45,771 bases of DNA. Origin: Verrucomicrobiota bacterium. GTDB lineage: Bacteria > Verrucomicrobiota > Lentisphaeria > Lentisphaerales > Lentisphaeraceae. The notes under the pieces were generated by a model. It was not told the origin of the DNA. It made no database searches and saw only the letters and a list, made by a program, of their open reading frames with translations. Within the stretch, counting starts at the first letter, position 1; every line of letters starts with the position of its first letter. This document shows, piece by piece, positions 1 through 7,914 of this stretch. The stretch is from assembly GCA_039798785.1 (NCBI GenBank), contig JBDKFG010000036.1, positions 1 to 45,771 of the forward strand, written 5' to 3'. A program made the translations under genes and the position numbers.

Positions 1-5
1 TTCCT

Positions 6-65
6 CATCTGCGTTCATCTGCGTCTTCTGCGGTTGATTACGTGTCCTCCGTGTCCTCCGTGGTT
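6..65. repeat. Two short tandem arrays: (CATCTGCGTY)x2 + TTCTGCGGTT, then (CGTGTCCTC)x2 + CGTGGTT
   Basis: Read directly: 10-nt unit at 6-35 and 9-nt unit at 41-65; both arrays end in GGTT. Any partner inverted arm would lie outside the window. Confidence 0.8.
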
Positions 66-262
66 CAGCTTCGGTTCCGGCGGAGTCGGATTAGGATGAA
101 TCCATACAGAGCGATGGAATTATGGAGACGAGAGAGCTCTTGGCTCAATGCGATGAATCACGATGTCTTTCCTCGACCGCTGGTCCAGCCCTTGCGTCTT
201 CCGCACATCCGCGGTATTCTTGCGGCGCTCAAATACGACTGAATCGACCCCGGAATCCTGTG

Positions 263-748
263 ATGTTTAAAATGAATCGGAAAGTGGAATACGCCCTGAT
301 CGCACTGCGGCATATGCAGCAGAATGACGGCGCCTGCCTGGTCAGTGCCAAGGAGATCTGCGACTTCTATCAGGCTCCTTTCGACCTGGTGTCGCGCGTC
401 CTGCAGCGGCTCGCCTCCAGCGGCATCCTGCAATCCGAGAAAGGTCCGCACGGTGGCTACCGACTCTGCCGCGGACTAGACAAGATCAGCGTCCTTGATC
501 TCATCGAAACCACCGTCGAGCCGATCGCCGTCGCCTCCTGTCTTTCCGATGACAAGGCTGACTGCGCCATGCTCGGAACCTGCAACATCCTGACCCCAAT
601 GACTGCATTGAATCATCAGCTCCGTCAATTCTTCTCCCAGCTCAGCGTCGCCGAGCTCTTCCAAGCCAACCCGGCAGCCTTCACTTCCGAGGCTTTGCGC
701 CGCGCCGCGACCCGCTCAGCCACCATCGAAGAAGTCGAGGTGCTGTGA
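263..748 (+). CDS. Rrf2-family (IscR-like) Fe-S transcriptional regulator
   Basis: [15 protein letters not shown]...[11 protein letters not shown] winged-helix signature; C-terminal three-Cys motif [15 protein letters not shown]. Start moved to ATG 263. Stop overlaps the sufB start (TGATG). Confidence 0.9.
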   Translation: MFKMNRKVEYALIALRHMQQNDGACLVSAKEICDFYQAPFDLVSRVLQRLASSGILQSEKGPHGGYRLCRGLDKISVLDLIETTVEPIAVASCLSDDKADCAMLGTCNILTPMTALNHQLRQFFSQLSVAELFQANPAAFTSEALRRAATRSATIEEVEVL

Positions 749-2178
749 TGGAGATCTACGCCCACGCCTTGTCCCAGGAACAGTTCGGCTTCGTCACCGA
801 GATCGACGCCGACGCTGCGCCGAAAGGTCTCAGCGAAGACATCATCCGCCTCATCTCGACCAAGAAGAACGAACCCCAGTGGATGCTCGAATTCCGCCTC
901 AAGGCCTTCCGTAAATGGCTGACCATGACCGAGCCCACCTGGGCCGAGGTCAGCTACCCGAAGATCGACTTCCAGGACATCCGCTACTACTCCGCACCCA
1001 AACCCAAGGCCCAGGCCGAAAGCCTCGGCGAGCTCGATCCCGAGCTGCTCAAGACCTTCGAGAAGCTCGGTATCCCCTTGTCGGAACAGAAGCGCCTCAC
1101 CGGAGTCGCCGTCGATGTCGTCTTCGACTCGGTGTCGCTAGGCACCTCCCACCAGGAAGAACTGAAGAAGGCGGGTATCATTTTCTGCTCGATCACCGAG
1201 GCGATCAAGGATCACCCTGATCTCGTCCGCGAGCATCTCGCCAGCGTCGTTCCGGTCGCCGACAACTATTACGCCGCCCTCAACTCGGCTGTCTTCACCG
1301 ACGGCTCCTTCTGCTACATCCCCAAGGGCGTCCGCTGCCCTCTCGACCTGTCGACCTACTTCCGCATCAACGCCGCCGAAACCGGCCAGTTCGAACGCAC
1401 CCTGATCGTTGCCGAAGAAGGCTCCTACGTCAACTACCTCGAAGGTTGCACCGCGCCGATGCGCGACGAGAACCAGCTTCACGCGGCGGTGGTCGAAATC
1501 GTCGCCAAGAAGGACGCCACGGTGAAGTATTCCACCGTGCAGAACTGGTATGCCGGCGACAAGGACGGCAAGGGCGGCATCTACAACTTCGTCACCAAGC
1601 GCGGCCTTTGCGCCGGCGAGCGCTCTCACATCTCCTGGACCCAGGTCGAGGCGGGCTCGGCGATCACCTGGAAATATCCCAGCGTCGTCCTCAAGGGCGA
1701 CGACTCGGTCGGCGCCTTCTACTCGGTCGCCTTGACCAACAACAAGATGCAGGCCGACACCGGCACGAAGATGATCCACCTCGGCAAACGTACCCGCTCG
1801 ACCATCGTCTCGAAAGGCATCTCCTGCGACCACTCGAGCAACACCTATCGCGGCCTGGTCAAGATCGCCGCCTCCGCCGAAGGGGCCCGCAACTACTCGC
1901 AGTGCGACTCGATGCTGGTTGGCGACAGCTGCCGCGCCGCCACCCACCCCTATATGGAAGTCTCCAATCCCTCGGCCACCATCGAGCACGAAGCCTCGAC
2001 CTCGCGGATCAACGCCGAACAGCTCTTCTACCTGCGTTCTCGCGGCCTCGACATGGAGCAATCGGTATCCCTGATCGTCAACGGCTTCTGCAAAGAAGTC
2101 TTCAAGGAGCTGCCCTTGGAATTCTCGGTTGAAGCGGTGAAGTTGCTGGAAATGAAGCTCGAAGGCAGCATCGGGTGA
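748..2178 (+). CDS. sufB: Fe-S cluster assembly protein SufB
   Basis: Conserved SufB motifs: [61 protein letters not shown]-terminal KLEGSIG. Confidence 0.97.
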   Translation: MEIYAHALSQEQFGFVTEIDADAAPKGLSEDIIRLISTKKNEPQWMLEFRLKAFRKWLTMTEPTWAEVSYPKIDFQDIRYYSAPKPKAQAESLGELDPELLKTFEKLGIPLSEQKRLTGVAVDVVFDSVSLGTSHQEELKKAGIIFCSITEAIKDHPDLVREHLASVVPVADNYYAALNSAVFTDGSFCYIPKGVRCPLDLSTYFRINAAETGQFERTLIVAEEGSYVNYLEGCTAPMRDENQLHAAVVEIVAKKDATVKYSTVQNWYAGDKDGKGGIYNFVTKRGLCAGERSHISWTQVEAGSAITWKYPSVVLKGDDSVGAFYSVALTNNKMQADTGTKMIHLGKRTRSTIVSKGISCDHSSNTYRGLVKIAASAEGARNYSQCDSMLVGDSCRAATHPYMEVSNPSATIEHEASTSRINAEQLFYLRSRGLDMEQSVSLIVNGFCKEVFKELPLEFSVEAVKLLEMKLEGSIG

Positions 2179-2181
2179 GGC

Positions 2182-2332
2182 TTGTGTTTTGATCTCGACT
2201 TCGCTATCATGGAGGTCGAGGTGAAACGTTCTCTACGGCGATGGTCATGTCGAGACAATCTACGGTCATTTCAAAAGTGTCGATGATTTGCTGCGGGCGA
2301 TCAAGGATCGCAAGGAGCGAGGAGTGTGGTGA
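2182..2332 (+). pseudogene. Frameshifted C-terminal remnant of a prepilin-processing-associated H-X9-DG domain protein
   Basis: HGGRG (2208-2222), 2 extra nt, then NVLYGDGHVETIYGHFKSVDDLLRAIKDRKERGVW-stop (2225-2332). Together these give H-GGRGNVLYG-DG-HV; no start codon in that frame. Confidence 0.6.
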
Positions 2333-2534
2333 CTTGACTGCTGTCTCGGATAGCCCCTCATTCCTTCTATTTCTCTCCCTATGTAGCGTGCCGCTAGACC
2401 TTGTTAGCGGGCTGTAGTCCAGAGCAGCTCCACGAATCGGCTTTCGTCTCCACCTTGTCAGCCTGCGGCCTCCCGTTATCTTGACTTCGCAAGTCCGCGG
2501 ACCGGGCCTGGATGCAAACCTACAGGAGGCTGCT

Positions 2535-4016
2535 TTGAACAGAGAAGTCAATTGGCTGTGCTACCTCGCCGTCGAGCACAATCTGGTCGCTCGGGAGAAC
2601 ATCGAAGCGTTGGTGGCGATCTGCGAGCCCGGAACCGAGCTCCTGCCTTTCGCCCAGGCTCTCCTCGATAACCACTTCATCACCGATGTTGCCGTGTTGC
2701 AGCAGTTGATGGAGAGCGCCAGCTATGCCGCCCATGAGCACGGCGACAGTCCGGTGCAGTTCTCCAACAGTGCCGCGGCCCAGGAAGTCCTATCACGGAG
2801 CACCGCTGGCGGTCATCCGGTCACTCCCGCCCCGGCGCCGGGATCGCGTCCTGCCCCACCCAGCGGCGGCTATCCCTTCAACATCGACGGCTTCCCCGAC
2901 CTCTCCCGCGCCGAACACGCTTCGGAAGCGGAGTGCCGGCAGATGATCACGCAATTTCTGCGTCACGCCCGAGCCAACGGCTCCAGCGACGTCCACTTCT
3001 CAGCCCTGGCGCAGCCCTTCGTGCGCCATTTCGGCCAACTTTATTTCATCGGCAATCAGCCGATCCTCAGTCCGGAGGCGTCCAAGAAGCTCAACCTCAG
3101 TCTGCTTAACGACAAGCAGAAAAACGAATTCCTCGAAAAACGCGACCTCGATCACTGCTGCAGCTTCTCCAAATCGGAGCGCTACCGCACCAACCTGATG
3201 GTGCACCAGGACGGCATCGAAGGCAGTTACCGCATCATCTCCGACCGGATCCGAACTCTCTCCGAGCTCGGTTTCGAGCAGCCCGAAATTCTCGAGAAGC
3301 TCACCACCTATCATCAAGGATTGATCCTGATCACCGGTCCTGCCAGCTCCGGAAAGACGACCACCCTCGCCTCCCTGGTCGAGTTGATCAACAAGAGCCG
3401 TCACGACCACGTCATCACTGTCGAAGACCCGGTGGAGATTCTCATTCCCTCGAAGAACTGCAACATCAGCCAGCGGGAGCTCGGCAGCGGCACCTTGAGC
3501 TTCCCCAACGCCCTGAAAGCCGCCCTCCGCGAAGACCCCGACATCATCGTCCTCGGCGAGATGCGCGACATGGAGACGATCGAGATGGGCATCTCCGCCG
3601 CCGAGACCGGCCACCTCGTCATCGGCACTCTCAACACCAATAGCGCCGCCGCCACCCTCGACCGCCTCCTCGACGTCTTCCCCGCCGACCAGCAGTCGCA
3701 AATCCGCGCCATGCTCGCCGAAAGCCTCCGCGGCGTCATCTGCCAGAGTCTGGTGCCGAGCAAGGACAACTCCAAACTTCTCATGGTGCCGGAGATTCTG
3801 ATCAGCAACATCGCCGTCATCAACCTGATCCGCACCAACAAGACTTCGCAGCTCAACTCGGTCATCGAAACCGGCACCAAACAGGGCATGATGCTCCGCG
3901 AAGACAGCTTCATGCGCCGTTACCTGCAAGGTCTCATCTCCGCCGAAACCGCCCTCAAATACGTCTTCAACGAGACCAAACGCCAGCAGATCAAAAATGC
4001 CGAAGGCATGCCCTGA
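2535..4016 (+). CDS. PilT/PilU-family type IV pilus ATPase with N-terminal extension
   Basis: AGGAGG at 2524-2529 precedes TTG 2535. SSDVHF, Walker A GPASSGKTTT, TVEDPVE, ALREDPDIIVLGEMRD, AETGHLV. Confidence 0.92.
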   Translation: MNREVNWLCYLAVEHNLVARENIEALVAICEPGTELLPFAQALLDNHFITDVAVLQQLMESASYAAHEHGDSPVQFSNSAAAQEVLSRSTAGGHPVTPAPAPGSRPAPPSGGYPFNIDGFPDLSRAEHASEAECRQMITQFLRHARANGSSDVHFSALAQPFVRHFGQLYFIGNQPILSPEASKKLNLSLLNDKQKNEFLEKRDLDHCCSFSKSERYRTNLMVHQDGIEGSYRIISDRIRTLSELGFEQPEILEKLTTYHQGLILITGPASSGKTTTLASLVELINKSRHDHVITVEDPVEILIPSKNCNISQRELGSGTLSFPNALKAALREDPDIIVLGEMRDMETIEMGISAAETGHLVIGTLNTNSAAATLDRLLDVFPADQQSQIRAMLAESLRGVICQSLVPSKDNSKLLMVPEILISNIAVINLIRTNKTSQLNSVIETGTKQGMMLREDSFMRRYLQGLISAETALKYVFNETKRQQIKNAEGMP

Positions 4017-4017
4017 A

Positions 4018-4140
4018 TTGAACCAGGTTGAAAGGTTGAAAGGCGAACAGCCAAACAACCAAGCAACCTGGGAACCGGACTCAGTGACTCTGGTTTCGCT
4101 CCAACCTTTCAACCTTTCAAACCTTTCAACCCGGTTCCAA
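4018..4140. repeat. Intergenic inverted repeat built from 8-nt GGTTGAAA/TTTCAACC units, with an inner hairpin
   Basis: TTGAACCAGGTTGAAAGGTTGAAAGG (4018-4043) pairs almost perfectly with CCTTTCAAACCTTTCAACCCGGTTCCAA (about 4113-4140). Inner stem GAACCGGA...TCTGGTTT at about 4072-4096. Confidence 0.85.
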
Positions 4141-4151
4141 AGGATCCCCCC

Positions 4152-5231
4152 ATGGCCCAGATAGACGCCTTCCTCCGCTACATGGCCGAAAACGGCGGCA
4201 GTGACCTTCATCTCCAGAGCAATCACAAGCCCAAGGTCCGCAAAAGCGGCAACCTCACCGACATCCCCGGATACGAAGTCATCACCCCCGAGGCGATGGA
4301 GCCGATCTTGAAAGAGATCTGTCCCGAAGAAAAGTGGAAACACTACCTTTCCAATCTCGACCTCGACTTCGCCTACGAAATCAAAGGTCTGTCGCGCTTC
4401 CGCGTCAACTACATGCGTACCGTCGAAGGCATGGGAGCGGTGATGCGGACGATTCCGACCAAGATCATGACTCTCGAACAGCTGAAGCTTCCCGACGTCT
4501 TCAAGGAAGTCGCGTCGCAGCAGTCTGGTCTCGTCCTGGTCACCGGCCCCACCGGTTCCGGCAAGTCCACCACCCTGGCGGCGATGATCAACTACATCAA
4601 CGAAAATTTCCACAAGCACATCGTCACCATCGAAGACCCGCTGGAATTCGTCCACCCCAACAAAAAAAGCGTCATCGTCCAGCGCGAAGTCCACGACCAC
4701 ACCAAATCCTTCAACGCCGCCTTGAAAGGGGCGATGCGGGCCGACCCCGACATCATCCTGGTCGGCGAGATGCGAGACCCCGAGACCATCGGCCTCGCCC
4801 TCTCCTGCGCCGCGATGGGCCTGTTGGTCTTCGGCACCCTGCACACCAACAACGCCCCCAAGACCATCGACCGGATCATCGGCGCCTTCCCGGCGAAGGA
4901 CCAACCGCAGGTCCGCGCCATGCTCGGCGGCACCCTCCGCACCATCATCTCGCAGCTCCTCTGCAAGACTATCGACGGCAAGCGTTGCGCTTCGCACGAG
5001 ATCCTCCTCCACCATGCCGCCTTGCCCGGTCTGATCCGCGACGGCCAGCTCTCCGCCATCCGCGGCATCATCGAGGCCGGCCGCAAGCAGGGGATGAAGA
5101 GCATGGACTCCGACCTGATGCAACTCTACAAGGAGAAACGCATCTCCGGCGAAGAAGCCTATATGAAGGCGGCGGAGAAATCCCTCTTCGAAGCCTTCCT
5201 GCCCGCCGACTTCTTCAGCAAGCAGCATTGA
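4152..5231 (+). CDS. pilT: Type IV pilus twitching-motility ATPase PilT
   Basis: GSDLHL, LDFAYEI..SRFRVN, GPTGSGKSTTLAAM, TIEDPLEF, MRADPDIILVGEMRD, FGTLHT. Confidence 0.93.
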   Translation: MAQIDAFLRYMAENGGSDLHLQSNHKPKVRKSGNLTDIPGYEVITPEAMEPILKEICPEEKWKHYLSNLDLDFAYEIKGLSRFRVNYMRTVEGMGAVMRTIPTKIMTLEQLKLPDVFKEVASQQSGLVLVTGPTGSGKSTTLAAMINYINENFHKHIVTIEDPLEFVHPNKKSVIVQREVHDHTKSFNAALKGAMRADPDIILVGEMRDPETIGLALSCAAMGLLVFGTLHTNNAPKTIDRIIGAFPAKDQPQVRAMLGGTLRTIISQLLCKTIDGKRCASHEILLHHAALPGLIRDGQLSAIRGIIEAGRKQGMKSMDSDLMQLYKEKRISGEEAYMKAAEKSLFEAFLPADFFSKQH

Positions 5232-5301
5232 ACCTGGATTCCGAAGTTGAGCTTGGGCTCAGCTTCCGAATCCAGGATTCAAGATTCAAGATTCAAAATT
5301 C
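5228..5301. repeat. ~25-bp hairpin whose right arm continues as 7-nt (AAGATTC) tandem repeats
   Basis: TTGAACCTGGATTCCGAAGTTGAGC-TTGG-GCTCAGCTTCCGAATCCAGGATTCAA, followed by GATTCAAGATTCAAAATTC. Confidence 0.8.
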
Positions 5302-5405
5302 CAGATAACACCAACAAAATCAAAGATTAAAAATTGAAAAACCCGCTGAGGAATCAACCGGAATCGATCTTCACTTCGGATCCGGGGTGAATCCATAAAA
5401 AGATC

Positions 5406-5433
5406 AAGCCCGGAGCGCGAGCCCGGGCTTTTT
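5406..5433 (+). terminator. Rho-independent terminator between convergent genes
   Basis: AAGCCCGG-9 nt loop-CCGGGCTT followed by TTT. Confidence 0.65.
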
Positions 5434-5452
5434 CCTGCCTCGATGAGACAGA

Positions 5453-5848
5453 TCAGAAGCTTTCGCAACGCGGACGATCAAGGATGACCTTCATCGCCAG
5501 GGAGCGGCGGACTTGCAGGTTGTCGCGCATCATCGCCGGGCTGACCAGCAAGGGAGTGGCGGCCTGGCGGCGGGCGGCGCTGAGGGCGCGGGCCCGTTGC
5601 GGCGGTGGAGGGGAGGGGCGTTGAGCGATGATTCGCGGCTTCTCGACCACCTTGGGTTTGGGCGGGGCCGGTTCGGGCTTGCGGCGCCGGGGGAGGGGTT
5701 TCGGCTCTGGCGGCGCCTCATCAGGCTCGAGATCCGGGACCCCGGCTTTTTTCTGCAGAATCTGCAGGATCAGGCCGCCGACCATGACGATGATCCCCAT
5801 GATCAGGTTCGCGTCAAGGCCAGCGCCAAGTAGAGGTTTCACAGCCAT
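5453..5848 (-). CDS. Small membrane-anchored Pro-rich hypothetical protein (floA-downstream type)
   Basis: N-terminal hydrophobic helix, Pro/Lys-rich linker, C-terminal VRRSLAMKVILDRPRC. Lies 18 nt downstream of floA. Confidence 0.7.
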   Translation of the reverse strand: MAVKPLLGAGLDANLIMGIIVMVGGLILQILQKKAGVPDLEPDEAPPEPKPLPRRRKPEPAPPKPKVVEKPRIIAQRPSPPPPQRARALSAARRQAATPLLVSPAMMRDNLQVRRSLAMKVILDRPRCESF

Positions 5849-5866
5849 GGCAGCTGATCTCCGGGC

Positions 5867-6895
5867 TTATTTCGCCGACTTGTCTTCTTCGCCGGAAATG
5901 GTCTGGCGCATCCGGGTGTCGGCCTTCAGGTTTTCGAGGCGGTAGTAGTCGAGGATGCCGATGTTGCCGTCGCGCAGGGCGGAGGACATGGCGAGGGGAA
6001 CTTGCGCCTGGGCTTCGGTGACCTTGGCCTGCATCTCCTGGACCTTGGCCAGCATCTCCTGCTCAAGCGCGACCGCGGCGGCGCGGCGCATCTCGGCCTG
6101 GGCTTCGGCAACCCGCTTGTCGGCTTCGGCCTGGTCGCACTGGAGACGGGCACCGATGTTCTCGCCGACGTCGATGTCGGCGATGTCGATCGACAGGATT
6201 TCGTAGGCGGTGCCGGAGTGCAGGCCCTTGGCGAGAACCGTCTTCGAGATCCGGTCGGGGTTTTCAAGAACCAGCTTGTGGCTGTCGGAAGAACCGATGG
6301 TGGTGACGATACCTTCGCCGACGCGGGCGATGATGGTCTCTTCGCCGGCGCCGCCGATCAGCTTGTCGATGCTGGTGCGGACGGTGACGCGGGCCTTGAC
6401 CTTGAGCTGGATGCCGTCCTTGGCGACGGCGTCGATGGTCTGGCGTCCCGAGGCGGGGTTGGGGCAGTCGATGACCTTGGGCAGAACGCTCATTTTCACC
6501 GCTTCGAAGACGTCGCGTCCGGCGAGGTCGATGGCGCAGGCCTTGGCGTAGTCGAGGCGGATGCTGGCGTTGTTGGCGGCGATCAGGGCGTTGATGACGT
6601 TGAGGACGTCGCCGCCCTGGAGGTAATGGCGTTCCAGTTCATCGAGGCTGATGTCCATCTGCGACTTGCGCGCTTGGATGTAGGCCAGGACGATGAGCTT
6701 GGGGTTGACGTTGCGCAGGCGCATCATCACCAGGTTGAAGGGGCCGACGTAGGCGCCCGAGGACCAGGCTTGCAGGTAGAGGCTGATGAAGCTGAAGCCG
6801 AAGATCAGAAGGACCAGGCCGCCGATGATGAGGACGATGAAGAGGCCGATGAGGCCGACTTCTTTGGCATCGGCGAGGAGAAGGAAGTTATGCAT
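5867..6895 (-). CDS. floA: Flotillin-like protein FloA (YqfA family)
   Basis: [79 protein letters not shown]. Confidence 0.95.
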   Translation of the reverse strand: MHNFLLLADAKEVGLIGLFIVLIIGGLVLLIFGFSFISLYLQAWSSGAYVGPFNLVMMRLRNVNPKLIVLAYIQARKSQMDISLDELERHYLQGGDVLNVINALIAANNASIRLDYAKACAIDLAGRDVFEAVKMSVLPKVIDCPNPASGRQTIDAVAKDGIQLKVKARVTVRTSIDKLIGGAGEETIIARVGEGIVTTIGSSDSHKLVLENPDRISKTVLAKGLHSGTAYEILSIDIADIDVGENIGARLQCDQAEADKRVAEAQAEMRRAAAVALEQEMLAKVQEMQAKVTEAQAQVPLAMSSALRDGNIGILDYYRLENLKADTRMRQTISGEEDKSAK

Positions 6896-6953
6896 GATCG
6901 AGGGAGCTCCTTGGGTTGTGAAAAGGCGGGGCCACTATACTCGACAAACCGGC

Positions 6954-7832
6954 TCAGCCAAACACCGGCGTCGAGAGATATTTGTCGCCGCGGTCGCAGA
7001 CGATGAAGACGACGACGCCTTCCTGGAGTTCTTCGGCGAGGCGGATGGCGGCGGAGGCGGCGCCGCCGCTGCTGATCCCGGCGAAGATGCCTTCTTCGCG
7101 GCAGAGGCGGCGGGCGAAGTGCTCGGCTTCAGCCTGCGAGATGTCCATCACCCGGTCGACCCGGCTCGAGTCGTAGACCTTGGGGAGATATTCCTTCGGC
7201 CAGCGGCGGATGCCCGGGATGTTCGAGCATTCGGTGGGCTGGCAGCCGACGATCTGGACGGCGGGGTTTTTCTCTTTGAGGAAGCGCGAGGTGCCCATGA
7301 TGGTGCCGGTGGTGCCCATCGCCGAGACGAAGTGGGTGATCCGGCTCTGGGTGTCGCGCCAGATTTCCGGGCCGGTGCTGCGGTAGTGGGCTTCGGGGTT
7401 GTCGGGGTTGGAGAACTGGTCGAGCATGATGCAGCCGCCCTGGGCGACGAGGGCGCGGGCGTGGTCGATGGTTCCTTCCATGCCGAGTTCGCGAGGGGTG
7501 AGGGTGACGGTGGCGCCGTAGGCTCGCATGGTGGCGACCCGTTCCGGCGTGGCGCTGGCGGGCATCACCAGTTCCAGCTCGATCCCTTTCAGGCAGGCGA
7601 TCATCGCCAGGGCGATGCCGGTGTTGCCCGAGGTCGGCTCGACGATGCGGATGCCGGGCTTGATCAGGCCGCGGCGCTCGGCGCCTTCGATCATCGCCTT
7701 GGCGGCACGGTCCTTGACGCTGCCGCCGGGATTGTTGCCTTCCAGCTTGGCGTAGACTTCCACCTTGGGATTGCTGACGAGGCGGCGCAGACGCGCCATC
7801 GGGGTGTTGCCGACGAGATCGAGGATGTCCAT
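6954..7832 (-). CDS. cysM: Cysteine synthase B
   Basis: KLEGNNPGGSVKDR (PLP Lys), PTSGNTGIALA, SAMGTTGTIMG, IPGIRRWPKEYLP, CDRGDKYLS. Confidence 0.93.
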   Translation of the reverse strand: MDILDLVGNTPMARLRRLVSNPKVEVYAKLEGNNPGGSVKDRAAKAMIEGAERRGLIKPGIRIVEPTSGNTGIALAMIACLKGIELELVMPASATPERVATMRAYGATVTLTPRELGMEGTIDHARALVAQGGCIMLDQFSNPDNPEAHYRSTGPEIWRDTQSRITHFVSAMGTTGTIMGTSRFLKEKNPAVQIVGCQPTECSNIPGIRRWPKEYLPKVYDSSRVDRVMDISQAEAEHFARRLCREEGIFAGISSGGAASAAIRLAEELQEGVVVFIVCDRGDKYLSTPVFG

Positions 7833-7914
7833 GGAGAAAGCTCCTTTTTTGAGGCCTCTACCTTAGCGTCGGCTCGCCGCCTCGCTCCGCCTATGACGAA
7901 GGTCCTGGGGGGCC

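Noticed and set aside
6..65. Short repeats as a CRISPR array
   Set aside because: The units are 9-10 nt, contiguous and without spacers; there are no cas genes.
122..262. Long N-terminal extensions in the ORF track (also 11841, 15358, 19906, 22215, 28028, 34204, 35111, 37353, 44926)
   Set aside because: Downstream starts fit RBSs, signal peptides or family N-termini better, and several extensions overlap neighbouring genes.
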